Assembly (NCBI RefSeq): GCF_964355755.1
Contig: NC_092673.1
Coordinates: forward strand, 8,494,001-8,558,000
DNA from: Antedon mediterranea
Lineage: Eukaryota; Animalia; Echinodermata
Length of the DNA stretch: 64,000 nucleotides
Direction of reading: 5' to 3'
The notes below the pieces were generated by a model, which searched no databases, was not told the origin of the DNA, and worked only from the letters and a program-made list of their open reading frames with translations. Made by a program: the position numbers and the translations under genes. Positions 1 to 13,218 of this stretch are shown here, piece by piece (positions within the stretch are counted from its first letter, which is position 1; each line of letters opens with the position of its first letter).

Positions 1-447
1 CAACACGATTGGATATCCAATCGCGGATATCCAATCGCGGACCATTGTATTGAAGTTAATAATATATATCTATTGCACACTATGTGACCCACCACAATTG
101 TTCAATCAAATGACAAGGATCAATTTATGTGTGTTGACTTAACTTCCTGAATTGTGATATATTGAAACAAAAAACCTCATCCTATCCAATTGAATTGGGT
201 CATCTGTAAGAAGTGTTTTCAAAGGCCAGTATAGTGGCTTTTAACGATTTCACCAAACTGTATGTGACAACAAAAAGTGTTATGCCCAGACATGATGATG
301 TCATCACTAGCCATAGGCCTATTTGTTCACATTATACTTTTTTTTTTCAAACTAGTTTGATAGTGTAGACAGAACTTAAATGATACCAATACCATTCGCG
401 ATCATCATTATGTACTTCCTCAAGCAAATTTGTATTGTTTTTTTTAG

Positions 448-636
448 CTTTTTACTGCAAAACTCCAGTAATAAATAATGGAAGAGGTATTGATGTAATT
501 GAAGGGTCTCAGCCACCATATCTAATGAATACAGAACTGTCTTTCTCCTGTGACCTGACTTTCAAATTGGTTGGAGAACGGTATTTAAAATGTCTTCCTA
601 GTGAAGAATGGGATTACGATGTTCCATATTGTGTTT
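448..636 (+). CDS. sushi/CCP exon (FYCKTPVINNG...CLPSEEWDYDVPYCV)
   Basis: ttttag|CT...T|gtaagt, 189 nt, phase 1-1, 4 Cys + Trp. Confidence 0.9.
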
Positions 637-3600
637 GTAAGTATACAATAACTACAATGTGTCAGCTATAATTATCGCCACTGACGTATTCTACACCGTA
701 AATCATTCAGCACATGTATAAATCTTAATAATAATATTATGGTATTTATAAGGCGCTCTTCCAAAAAGATCAGAGCGCCGTACATCAGATTTATCATTTA
801 ATGATAAATCTTAAAATAATTAATAACTACCGTCCGTAACTAAAAATAATTAGGCCTAAGGTTAAAATTTCACAATAAACCTATAAAAAGATTATTACAT
901 TATTTTTTTTTTAATTACGGAACCAAATGAGTTATGTGCGTTTGAAAATTTGAAATATGTGTATAAATTACCGTCAAACTAAAACTTTAACTGAAAGCTA
1001 TCTTATAACTTGTCTAAATCAAACTGTTGCTATTTTCTAAAACGGTCTACTATTTTTGGCTTATTCTCAAAAGATGAAACTCATTCGGCTTAAATTATTT
1101 AATTTTTAGCTACAATATGTAATACACCACCAACTCAAATTACCAACGGAATAGTAGTAGGATCTGGAACGTCTGAGAATACTGACATTGGTATCTATTG
1201 CAATAAGGATTTTCATATTCCATATACTAAGGATGACAGACAGATCAGTGTTTGCATAGAAGGTCAATGGGTCCCAGCAATACCTAGAGGATGCATCAAA
1301 CGTAGGTGACGTTTCATTTTAGTTAACAGCACATTATTATAAATATATTATCATTTTTTCAAATGTTTCTCTGAATACACGCGTTAAATTTTACCTAAAT
1401 AAATGTTATTGTAAATGTATTTTTTTCTTAGTGTAGGCCATAATTTCTTTGCATCACCTTTGTTTAGGCAGGTGTAGTCACATGGATTTATGCGCATTTA
1501 TCGACGTAATTTTGCGATATTCAAAAAAACCTCTCAAACTTCCTTTAGTATTAATATAACTGGGTTTTACTAAAAATAAAACAGTGTATACGCAAATTCG
1601 CAATGTCACTCGATAATTTTTGTATCAGTCTATATCAATGTTATTATACAGATGTGAATAAAGGATGAAAATCTAATTATGTTTATTGTTCTGTTTTTGA
1701 TCTTTAAACAATTGTCATAATATTGAATAGAAATTGTATTCATTGTCAAACTATTTAATAGCCGATTAAGGGACAAGTCAGCCCATGGTAAACAAATGTT
1801 CTCTTAAGTAATATGTGGTATCCGTTTTAAAGTCGTGTCCGCTCACGGTAGTGAAATAATAGCTATAAATTCCATGATTATATTCATAATAGCATTTTAT
1901 AAAGGTATCATACAACTCTAGAGAACATCTCAATATAACTGCACCTCTCGTATAGAAACATAACCGAACACTGAAAATTAAAGGTTTCATTCAACCAGTA
2001 TATGACTAGAAGTAGTGTTAATGGTTTTCTTAAATATCTTATATAGGACTAAATGTATTTTGTTATTTCAATCATTTTCAAATACATTCAAATACAATCA
2101 GTCAGAGATATTTTGAAGTTGCGCCCACTGAGTACAGTCACACATATTTATGCCTACATTATCTTCGTGTTGAGCCGAGATTATTTATGAAATGTCTATG
2201 AAAAGCAAAAGCAAAACAATATTCACTGCAAGGCATTAGTACATAATAATTAACTGGTTTTAATTCATCAGTCAACCTTTCGCCAAAAATTGATATATTA
2301 GTCTTTTTTTTTTTTAGCAACCGTATGTGATGATCTACCAACATCTATCGAAAATGGTTACGTTTTAAAAGATGATACTGATGGAGTTACTGTAACAATC
2401 TTCTGCAGGAACGAAGCAGTTATAGAAGGCACCCAAGATTCAGAAATGACTATCAACTGCATTGAGGGAAATTGGGACAAACAATTTCCATCATCATGTA
2501 TTTGTATGTATCATTAGATTAGCCAAAATCATCATCAAAAATAACAAAGCAAAGTCACTATTCACTTATTACTGAATAAGTTATTAACTCCAAAAACAAT
2601 ATTACGAATTTTATTAATTATCTTTTTTCATACTAATGTATACAATAGCATATTAGACTTTACACGTAACTTTATTATTTTATTTATTTTAATGTTAGTT
2701 AAAACGCCACAATGTTCAGTACCCCCAGTTACAATGTGGAACGGTATTGTAAGAAAAGACGGTGATGTAGTAACATTAATTTGTGATCAGGGTTTCTATA
2801 TACCTGGTAGTTCTCAAACTCAACGCACAGTGACGTGTGTAAACGGACAGTGGGATTATGAATTTCCTAAGACTTGTACTGGTAAGTTGCCACTCTTTAT
2901 TTTATCCTATCTGTCTATTTCCAATTAATATGGATATTAATTTAACCCAGACTGGATTGGAAAACGCGTCGCTCCCATTAAGTACAAAAGACTAATCACA
3001 ATAAATCAAGCACCTACCGATAAAAAAACACAATATATAAGAAGCATTTAAATGTTGTATTGAAAAGTTCTATTTTTCATATTAAGTGAAAGAAAAACAA
3101 TTGCAAATCAAGGAACTTGCTGAATTGTTGATATTATGTTTACTTCATTGTTTGTATAATATTTGATTTCATCCTTTCATCCAACCTCAAATGTTGAGCT
3201 AGCTTTTGTAGATATACAGTAATAATATGCTTAATAATGATTATAATAATTATCTTTTTGTCCTAGCTGACGGAGAGATCGAAAATGAAACATGTGAGTA
3301 TTCAAATAATTTATTCCAGTTTCACTCTTCAAAAATGCATTTGCTCTGTTCATTGTTTGTAATTTTAAATCGAAATTTATTGACGTGATATTTTGTATTC
3401 GTGAAAAAAAGACTCCATCTCTGTGTTTTTATATCACATTTATTCAACATTATGAACAAAATTCATACTATTGCCAACAATAAGTTATTAATCAAGTAAA
3501 ATCATAATCTCTCAGTTAATTAACATTTTTTTAATTGTATTCAGTGATCTACTGATATGAATGTACTAATAAATGTTCTTCTCTGCCCATCCTTCAATAC

Positions 3601-5607
3601 ATGATTTGCCCAAAAAGACAGTTTGCGTTTATTTTGTTCGTACAAATAAACTAATTAAATATATGTTTCAACTTAATAATATGTTAATATTAATTTGTTT
3701 TACTAAAATATCAGAATATATATTGGCTAACCATGGAACTATAAAATTCCATGAAGTAAATAACCATCCTTTTATCTTTGTTTTTATTCTGTCATAGGCA
3801 TACCATTTTTTATAATTTACTTTCAGCATTTTCATTTTCATCATCGGATGACACTACTTCCAGTGAAGTATCGTCATCGCTGTCATCACCTTCAATAGCT
3901 TTTTGCAGTAAAGATGAGTGTAACATAGAAGGTGTAAATGCCTTTTGTAAAAAAGTTGGAAAGAGTGAGTAGTCGTATACAATTATACAATACTATTAAG
4001 TAGCCAGTTTTCAGATTTTCATATAAATACAGTAATGTTTACGTAGTTTTTCTAGCATTGTATTTTTGTTATCATATGTTTACATACATGATTTTGTTGT
4101 TCTCTATCCATTATCATTATTTACCATAATTTTCTCTTATACTTTATACATATCATCTTTTAATATATTTCCAAAACCTGATAGTTCTTATTCATATTTT
4201 CTATATAATATTCTTTTCTTATACATACATTATCATTTACCACAATTTATATTTAATAATCTTTTTATAAACTTAGACTTGTTTTTTCTCTTTATAACAA
4301 TTTTATTACACATCAGGCACAGATCTAAACCACCCGGTGATATACCGAAATGTAATTAATTAATTTTAATCAATAAAGATGAAGAAATCGAGACTCAAAC
4401 CCGGAACCTTCTGATTGAAATGCAGATGTTCTAACCGTTAGACCACTGGGGCTTTCATGGTATTGTTCAAACATATACATCCATAAACATCTTACAAAAA
4501 ATACACATATAAAATGCAAATTTGTCTGCCTGCTTTACTTTACCATGTTGTCATTATATATTCATTTATTATCTCACTCAGTACTCACAGCATTGAAATT
4601 TTTCTTTATACATTATATGCAACTCTACAAAATACAACAGACACAGAAACATTAATTTTAAACGGCCCTTTGTATATACATTGACCTAGAAATTAGATAC
4701 TTAGGACCTTTGTATTTGTAGCCCCACATATAAAATACATAATTTTCATCCTTTTTTTTTTATTTCTTAACATTTTTTTTCTCTAATGTGGCTATTACCG
4801 ATTTTCATTTATCAAATGCTTTTTGTAATAATAATTAATAAAAACTACAGTTTTTACCAACCAAATGTTCTATTTACAAACATCTTTTCTTATCCTTCAT
4901 CATTGTTTTTTTTATATCATCCATCTATAAAAAGCTCCAATTATCCATTTTATTAATTACTGCCATGTTCATGAGGCGTATACATTCATGGTTTTTTAAA
5001 TAATTTTTTTTCTCCTCAATATTTTGAGTCATAATTGGCAATTGTATATTCGACCCGCTTAATTAGTTGGGTAAGTTATGAATCAAATGAGGCAACAAGA
5101 AGTATTAGCATAAAGACCAATCTTTATACTTTTGATCTCAACAATATAACGTTTTTCATATTGCGTTGAGATCAGAAGTCGTTAAACTTGTTTCTACGAC
5201 AAAAAAATACTTTATTTCCTGCTTATTCGGAACTAAAATAGTTCAGTGGTAACCTAGACCACCTGAGTTATATTACTTACTTACGTTCCTTCTTTGAAAT
5301 TGCTATTGCATCTCTTTATTTTTTAGTTTTCCCAGTAAATGGAAGAATCATAGATGCGACACCTGTTAACGAACAAGCTCTAAATGTTACTATAGAAATT
5401 ATGGAGTGGTTGAAAACAAAAGACGAGATTGGAGACCCACAGTCTGTTACCTTAACGATAGAAGACGCAAAAATCGGAGATTGCTACTGCCCTGCTGGAC
5501 AGTTTAAGACTGATTTGCGAATTTATATTCGATATAATGCAGATTTAAAATTGGTTACAAAATCCTACATAGATGCTGATACATCATCCGGATTACCAAG
5601 CTGCTAA
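448..5607 (+). CDS. 3' part of multi-exon gene: at least 4 sushi/CCP domains + Ser-rich linker + C-terminal NTR(C345C)-like domain; 5' end lies upstream of the window. Exons 448-636, 1110-1301, 2318-2503, 2699-2881, 3267-3293, 3827-3964, 5327-5607
   Basis: All exons have AG/GT boundaries and join in phase 1 with no stops; four exons each carry the CCP pattern C..P...NG...C...C...W...P.C; TAA at 5605-5607; AATAAA at 5660. Confidence 0.85.
1110..1301 (+). CDS. sushi/CCP exon (TICNTPPTQITNG...CIEGQWVPAIPRGCIK), not in ORF track
   Basis: ttttag|CT...C|gtaggt, 192 nt, phase 1-1. Confidence 0.9.
2318..2503 (+). CDS. sushi/CCP exon (TVCDDLPTSIENG...CIEGNWDKQFPSSCI), not in ORF track
   Basis: poly-T ag|CA...T|gtatgt, 186 nt, phase 1-1. 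Confidence 0.9.
2699..2881 (+). CDS. sushi/CCP exon (KTPQCSVPPVTMWNG...CVNGQWDYEFPKTCT)
   Basis: ttag|TT...G|gtaagt, 183 nt, phase 1-1. Confidence 0.9.
3267..3293 (+). CDS. 27-nt micro-exon (DGEIENET linker)
   Basis: tttttgtcctag|CT...T|gtgagt, strong signals, phase 1-1. Confidence 0.65.
3827..3964 (+). CDS. Ser-rich linker + start of NTR-like domain (FCSKDECNIEGVNAFCKK)
   Basis: tttcag|CA...A|gtgagt, 138 nt, phase 1-1. Confidence 0.8.
4372..4453 (-). mobile_element. tRNA-derived SINE fragment (family A)
   Basis: Reverse strand reads AGCCCCAGTGGTCTAACGG (A box)...GGGTTTGAGTCTCG (degenerate B box)...CTTCATCTTTAT, shared with 13906-13990 and 47540-47630. Confidence 0.6.
5327..5607 (+). CDS. 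terminal exon, NTR/C345C-like domain (GRII...VTIEI...DCYCP...terminal C)
   Basis: ttttag|TT TTC CCA, in frame with ORF 5401-5607; CxCP motif and C-terminal Cys; 3+3 Cys spacing as in netrin modules. Confidence 0.75.
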
Positions 5608-5862
5608 ATAATAACTTACTACATATAATGTCTAGGGTTGCTGTTACTACTACATATTAAATAAATCGTCTCCGAAAACTAATTAATAATTTTTTAAAAT
5701 GGTTGACTAGACTAGACTAAACTAGAATATACTAATGATTTGACATATTGTTTCTTTTAAATAATTTCAAGTAAAATAACTATGACTTTATTCATATGAG
5801 TTTATTTTATATCTATTTAATAGGATATATATTCTGCGGTACATTTCATTTCGAAACCTGAG

Positions 5863-5907
5863 CTGCACTGACGAGATCTAATAAGATCGAAACAGTACTG
5901 TCTGCAG
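5863..5907 (+). ncRNA. type I hammerhead ribozyme (Penelope/retrozyme-like), intact core
   Basis: stem I CUGCA/UGCAG, CUGACGA, stem II GAUCU-aaua-AGAUC, GAAA, palindromic stem III ACAGUACUGU, GUC cleavage triplet (cut after 5902). Confidence 0.85.
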
Positions 5908-7085
5908 ATTGTATACATATATTATTACATTAAACATTTTTGGTTTCATATTTCTCAAATTTCTGGTAAAAAGTAAACTAAATTAAAATAAATCTTATTT
6001 AATTTAGACTGGGTGAGTTTAAGAATAGTGAGGTTTACCAGTATTTATATAGTTTTATAAATGACATTTTTACTAGTTCAACCGTAATTTTGTACAAAAC
6101 TAAAAACTTGGGTGGGAGTATAATAATTAATATTTATTACCTCCGTTTTGAGAAGATTATATTTGTGTCTGAGATATGCGTGTATACGTGTTAGGAAGTT
6201 AGCGCCAAAACTAAAATGACGGATCTATTTACACCACAGAGATATGTAGTATGTGGTCTAATCTGCATCTAAGCAAGAAGAATAAAGTTTGAGTCAAAAC
6301 GTGTTTGGATTATTAACAATAATCGTGGTCTACTACTGATCGTTGATTTTCATAGCTTTTAATGTAACCATGGAGGTAGCATACAATGGTCAAAGTATAT
6401 TATTATAAACATTACAAAACATTACAAGAAAGAATACAAACAATGGTAGGTCTACCGGCCAACCAGTGCACAAACCAATAGTTGGTGCGCTAACGATACG
6501 AAAGAAAGATGAACACTACATGCACAACAACGCTCGCTCCCACTTGCTGGGTCTGGCCTATGTGGCCTACTTGAGCACCATCCACTACTACGATCCAAAC
6601 AGCAACAACGTAGTGGCCGAACTGAATTATCTATGCCTCTTCTCGAAATTTACCCAAAACTGGTGCGCTCTGGTATCTAACCGTAATAAATAATACGGAC
6701 TTCACAATTTCCACCGGATACATCCACACGGAACAACAACTTATATTACAATGACAAATTGTTTATATCACTGTTAGGATTTAAATTTTCGCGCCGCGGC
6801 TTTAGCCAGCTAAATCCCAAGAGGTCATACTCAATAAGAAGCGTTATCAACGCGAAAGCTATATCTACGGCTGACAGTTAAAGACATTTGCAAACTCGAC
6901 TAATTGGACCCAAAAAACGTCTGGGAAAAGATAGTCTATTAGGGCTCACGATTGAACGATTTTGGATTCTCGCCCTTTGATTGGATGGATTGACGCGAAT
7001 CAACACACTGCGGAAGTGAAGTCACGTTGTCTCAGAATCTGACGACTGCATGTCCAACACACGTCGGGAAAATAATGTATTGCAA

Positions 7086-7697
7086 TTCTTTGAATTAGAT
7101 TAAATAAACTCTTTTTTATTTAATAAACATGTAATATCATATTTGAATTTTAAATATATTATAAGACCATATACATGGCTGCAGTCGCGGGCTCAAATTT
7201 GAGTTAGTGTTTACCGACCAACCGACTGACATAGTGAGCTATAGAGTCGCGTTTGTAACTACTCCTCGACTAAAAACCGTAGACCAGACTATATTTACAC
7301 AAAATGTTTACTACAAAAATAATTTATATAATAAATCATTATATCTGAAAAAAGAACAATGATTAAAACAGTCAAAAAGTCAAGCGGCGTTTTTTCTAAG
7401 AAATATTTTTGTTAAATTCTCCGTGTTTCCTTCTTTGAATTAGATTAAATAAACTCTTTTTTATTTAATAAACATGTAATATCATATTTGAATTTTAAAT
7501 ATATTATAAGGCCATATACATGGCTGCAGTCGCGGGCTCAAATTTGAGTTAGTGTTTACCGACCAACCGACCAGACTATATTTACACAAAATGTTTATTA
7601 CAAAAATAATTTATATAATAAATCATTATATCTGAAAAAAGAACAATGATTAAAACAGTCAAAAAGTCAAGCGGCGGTTTTTGTAAGAAATATTTTT
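7086..7697. repeat. direct tandem duplication (7086-~7410 and 7431-~7697); second copy lacks ~57 bp
   Basis: Near-identical sequence starting TTCTTTGAATTAGATTAAATAAACTC in both copies. Confidence 0.9.
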
Positions 7698-8357
7698 CTC
7701 GTATGCCCGTTTAAAACCAAATCACACAAATAACAATGCCTTCGTCAAAGTAGTGTCTATGAGCTAGAATATCACATTTGATGATAGAAGTCAGTAAAGT
7801 AACAGTAGATACAACTTAAATGAACAACAAATTTGGACCTTGAAGGAGGTAATTTTCATTTTAACAAATGAGTTTACCTGAAAATCGACATAGTAACATG
7901 AAAGACTATATAATTGATAACAACGTTGCAAGACGAGAGACGATCTCCTTTAGTGTTTGAATGGCGTTAGTTCTTTATCGTGCACATGATCAATGTATAT
8001 ACAAGAGGTAATGATAGTAAAGTATATAGCCTAAGGATATAGCAATTAGGCACAGAAGGACGCGAACCCATGCCTCTCTCGTGTTAGTCTGAAAGATGTA
8101 TACACATATATATCTTTACAATATGTCCAGGCAGTCTTTCTTCAAAATTTTACACCGGACATATCGTTTAATTTTAAGTTTAAGTCATGATGATCAATGG
8201 TTATTGGTATGACCATACATTTTATTCACTTAGAAAAGAACCTTCATATACTGCGTTTCGGTGGCGCTTCACAAAAAAATTCAATTTCAACGAACTTAAC
8301 AAACGAAACTCCTTTTTAAAACCTTATTACAAAATTTAATTAACCAAATCAACAAAT

Positions 8358-9815
8358 ACGATGTTTACGATGATGCCTGTTGACGATAGTGTGTGACGAT
8401 TATTACGATGATGCCTGTTCACGATAGTATGTGATGATGTTTACGATGATGCCTGTTGAGGATAGTGAGTGACGATGATTACGATGATGCCTGTTGACGA
8501 TAGTGTGTGACGATGATTACGATGATGCCTGTTGACGATAGTGAATGACGATGATTACGATGATGCCTGTTGACGATAGTGTGTGACAATGTTTACGATG
8601 ATGCCTGTAGACGATAGTGTGTGATGATGATTACGATGCTGCCTATTGACGATAGTGTGTGACGATGTTTACGATGATGCCTGTTGACGATAGTGAGTGA
8701 CGATGTTTACGATGATGCCTGTTGACGATAGTATGTGATGATGTTTACGATGATGCCTGTTGACGATAGTGTGTGACGATGATTACGATGATGCCTGTTG
8801 ACAATAGTGTGTGACGATGATTACGATGCCTGTTGACGATAGTATGTGACGATGTTTACGATGATGCCTGTTGACGATAGTGAGTGACGATGATTACGAT
8901 GATGCCTGTTGACGATAGTTGAATTGAAGTATATATTTATACTGGGTAACCTCTTCAGTCAAAGACTGGTCTCCCAGAGGGCCCAGTTGGTGATCAGTGG
9001 CTGTGATGTACTAATACACCGGGGTAACCCCCTACTCGTCTCGAAAGAAGTACTAGGTTCTTTAAAGTGCACACGAGCTAGATGTGTACACTGGACCTAC
9101 GGTTTATAGTCCTTATCCGAGAAGACTCGTTCTACCACCAGAACCATGGAGTGAGTGAGCCTCGAACCCCTGCCGATGTTATGGCTACGTAATTACGGTT
9201 CCACTGTCTTAACCGCTCGGCCACTCACTCACGATGAGTATGTGATGATGTTTACGATGATGCCTGGTGACGATAATATGTGATGATGTTTACGATGATG
9301 CCTGTTGACGATAGTTTGTGACGATGATTACGATGATGCCTGTTGACGATAGTGAGTGACGATGATTACGATGATGCCTGTTGACGATAGTGTGTGACAA
9401 TAATTACGATGATGCCTGTTGACGATAGTGAGTGACGATGATTACGATGATGCCTGTAGACGATAGTGTGTGATGATGATTACGATGATGCCTGTTGACG
9501 ATAGTGTGTGATGATGATTACGATGATGCTTGTTGAGGATAGTGTGTGACGATGATTACGATGATGCCTGTTGACGATAGTGAATGACGATGATTACGAT
9601 GATGCCTGTTGACGATAGTGTGTGACGATGTTTACGATGATGCCTGTAGACGATAGTGTGTGATGATGATTACGATGCTGCCTATTGACTATAGTGTGTG
9701 ACGATGTTTACAATGATGCCTGTTGACGATAGTGAGTGACGATGATTACGATGATGCCTGTAGACGATAGTGTGTGATGATGATTACGATGATGCCTGTT
9801 GACGATAGTGTGTGA
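8358..9815. repeat. 38-bp minisatellite (GACGATGATTACGATGATGCCTGTTGACGATAGTGTGT), about 30 copies, split by a SINE
   Basis: Visible 38-bp periodicity at 8358-8919 and 9231-9815. Confidence 0.95.
8920..9230 (-). mobile_element. full-length tRNA-derived SINE with Deu/Nin-like central domain
   Basis: Reverse strand: A box TGGCCGAGCGG, B box GGTTCGAGGC, core TCGGATAAGGACTATAAACCG...GCACTTTAAAGAACC...GAGTAGGGGGTTACCCCGGTGT, tail TTCAATTCA. Confidence 0.8.
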
Positions 9816-10530
9816 ACTGTGATGAGTTTTAGAATTCCATATTTCAAAACTAATAGTTTTTAAAGTCTAAGATTTCTTAACATTTTCTGCTGTTGTTACT
9901 TCCATTTGTTATGTAAAGCGAGATTCCCACTAGCGACACAACACAAGCGCGTCGCCCAATCACCAATTTGTTTTGTTTTATTGTATGTGGCCAAGGAATA
10001 CCAATAGTAAATGAATCACTGTCCAATTATATAGGTGGTAATACGTTAGTGCTTAATTGAAATTTAATTGAAATGATTATATAAGTGGTTTGTTGATTTT
10101 TGTTAATTCAGTGGGTGATTCTCCCAGTCCATGAATCAACTTAAACTTTGTCAACGTCGTGGGAACTATTGAGAAAATCTAGAATACAATCATTGAGAAA
10201 ATAAAGACAATAGCCCTAATACTGGGACCTCTCATTTGTTCTATTTCTGTTTCCAACTTCAAATTAACTTGCCGTACATCAACAAGTTTAAGCGAAGTCA
10301 TGCATACTTGATCCTCTTTCAGGTTAATAAAAAGGTAAATGTATTTATTGTGGCCCTCAAGCTTAACTGGAGACTGGGGAAATTCGGATTATGCCCTTCA
10401 CCGAACCATTATAGGGAAAACTCGAATAAGTTATTTGCCCTAAATTGAACAATGCATTGTAATTTTTCGTGAATCAAAAATAAAATCAAGGTTATCAACA
10501 ACATGTAACACATGAACTCTATACAATGGC

Positions 10531-10536
10531 TTTATT
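10531..10536 (-). terminator. candidate distal poly(A) signal of PKN
   Basis: AATAAA on - strand followed ~20 nt later by a GT-rich tract (GTTCATGTGTTACATGTTGTTG); other AATAAA sites exist closer to the stop. Confidence 0.3.
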
Positions 10537-11872
10537 TCTCAAATCAGATGCCAAAAAAAAATGCTTTTAACATAAAGTTACAAAATTTATGTGAAGCACT
10601 AGTGAACGATTACAAATCTATACAAGGCACATACCCTAAATAATTAGTTAACCCATTGTTGAAGCTGGAATTATAGTTAGTAATAAGGCAACATGAGATG
10701 TCACATCACAACAGGGTATACCATCTTAAAATGCAATTTTAGTAAAAAATATCAATACAACACACTTTATAAAATTATATTGTATACCATGTAACATTTT
10801 TTTGTACAAATTCTCCATTTTAACTGTACATATTCAAAGAAATTAGGAAAATCTCAATAAATCAAATTGGACCAATTAAATTGACACCCACTTATTTCGA
10901 GTTTAAACTATTTTATAAACTACTATTCAGATTATAACTAAACATAAACAAGCAATAAACTGGTTAAGCCACGTTTAAGTCAGGTGGCACTAAATACAAT
11001 GTAAGTATGTCATTTAACCAATCACAAGCAATTGATCGTCATAGCTTGTGATTGGTCAAATTAGATTGCCTTGCACGTCCTTTTTGTTGCTTCTTGTAAG
11101 CAAGCTTATAATAATGGGAATTGTGTGATAATATTTTAAGTTTAATGAATATAAATCAATATTTTGTAATTAATATTATTATTTCTTATTTTTACAACTG
11201 AGCCTTACTTAACCTGCATATGCGATACTGTCAATCAAATATAGTTTACAGTAACTCTGCTAGTTTGATATAATTTCACCAAGAACAAATATATTCAATC
11301 TCAACAATATGAATTAATTGCACCTTCATAATATATTAAATGCTAAGATTCATTTTTTTAATAATAATAATTGTAATAGTTTGCAGCAACAAAAACATGC
11401 AGCAAAAAAGGGGAAAATAATAAACATGATAATTAAAAGGCATTAATTAATACTATGTTAATTGTACAGAAAAATGATTATGGTACAGAACAATAATGAC
11501 AATTGCTTAATGTAGAATTAGTGCTAGATAATAGCAACCAAATTGAACATAAAATATTATTTCATTGAGTGATACACACATTTTGATTAACTAATTCTGT
11601 ATATGATCACACAACAGGCATTTTAATCATTAACTTGCCTACCCAGTTGAACTCACAAAGTATAGTGATTTTAGCTCATTTTGTACTGAAATAACTTTAA
11701 AGAGTAGCATAAATAAAGTGTAAATAAAACATTAAGTTGTGTATGCTCCAAACAGTTATCTATTTTTATACTGCAGACGGTTGTATTACCAGCATACTGG
11801 ACACCTTATAAATATGCTAATTATATATTTTGAATACAAGTGGTTTAATGAAACACAATACTCTAATTATTA

Positions 11873-12113
11873 AGTCTGCTTTCCTGTCAACGTAACGTTA
11901 CGGTGAGTTGCATTGAATTGATCGAAATGAACGATTTTACAGGAAAAGGGGGTAAAAAGTTGAACCTGGTTCAACTTCAATGTTACCATCGTTAAATCTG
12001 ACCAATCAAATGATTCTCAAAATATGTCAATGCAGTTTGTGAAAAAATAGGTACACACTGACAATTGTTGAATTTTCTCGACACGTAATGTTACGTCAAC
12101 AGGAAAACAGGCT
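11873..12113. mobile_element. MITE, PIF/Harbinger-type
   Basis: Imperfect ~30-bp TIRs AGTCTGCTTTCCTGTCAACGTAAC / GTTACGTCAACAGGAAAACAGGCT, TTA on both flanks. Confidence 0.7.
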
Positions 12114-13218
12114 TTAGAATACACAACTCCTAGTCGATACCATTTGATTGAGTAGTAGGTGTCTTAAAAAATATAAAACGATCTTAATTCATTAATATTG
12201 AAACATTTGATATATATGTAAGAAATGCTCACACTAACTTGCACATTTTTAAATTTTTAATATTAGAAAAATGTTTTAAAATGAAATTTATTGTTTTTCA
12301 CACAAAAATACAATTTCCAACCGTAGCAATTTTAACTTAAAATCATAGTAAAAGGTTATTGAGGTTTAGAGTCTCTATGCCTGTAAATTATATACTGTAT
12401 ATACTTAATTAACCCCTTGTTAAATTAAATCATTGCAAATAAAATTTCACAAAAAGAATAATGGATGTCAATTCAAAGTTGAACAGTTGAACTAGATTTG
12501 ATTAAATTATTATATTCCAGGTAATAAAGTACATTGAAAATATCTACCTGCCCCTATTGCTAAATTGTATGCTAAATCGTAAGAACAACATTTTTAGCTC
12601 CAAAATTCATACAAAGCAATAGGCATATTTTGGTTTGAGCAGATAATCAGCAGATCTAGCTGCCGGGCTAGCTCGTCAAACTCATCACTGTTGGTATGCA
12701 AGCAGTGGAATTAGATCGACGAATATGTCTAATGTCATTACTAAGTCATCTATACATTGTATTTAAACACCAGGTTTTATTTTGGAATGTTTAAGTGATG
12801 GAAAACAATTCACTTCCACCTTTTCAAAAGGGCATATAATTAAACTAAACTGAAAAACTAAATTAAAAATCATACAATTACAATATCTACACTGTTGTCT
12901 GTTTTAATAAGAAATAATTAAATAGTCATGATTAATTTGGACATTATTAATTTTATTAATTTACAAATGTTGTGATTTTACTTTAGCAAACATAGGCACC
13001 AATGCCATAACGAATGTGCATAATATTACTCCAGATTTCATTAAAATATACTATACTATTATTATCATGTCAATATTGTATTTAGTGGACATCAGTATTG
13101 CCATACTTACATACAATACTATGCACAGCCATAATTAAATAATGTACAATTAGCGATCTCATCCTTTGGTAAATCTGAGAATTTCAAAAGATCACTGTGC
13201 CTATTGACAATATTTGAA

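Noticed and set aside
6363-6750. Solo LTR (TGTAA...TTACA)
   Set aside because: No target-site duplication (TTAA versus ATGA) and no second copy in the window
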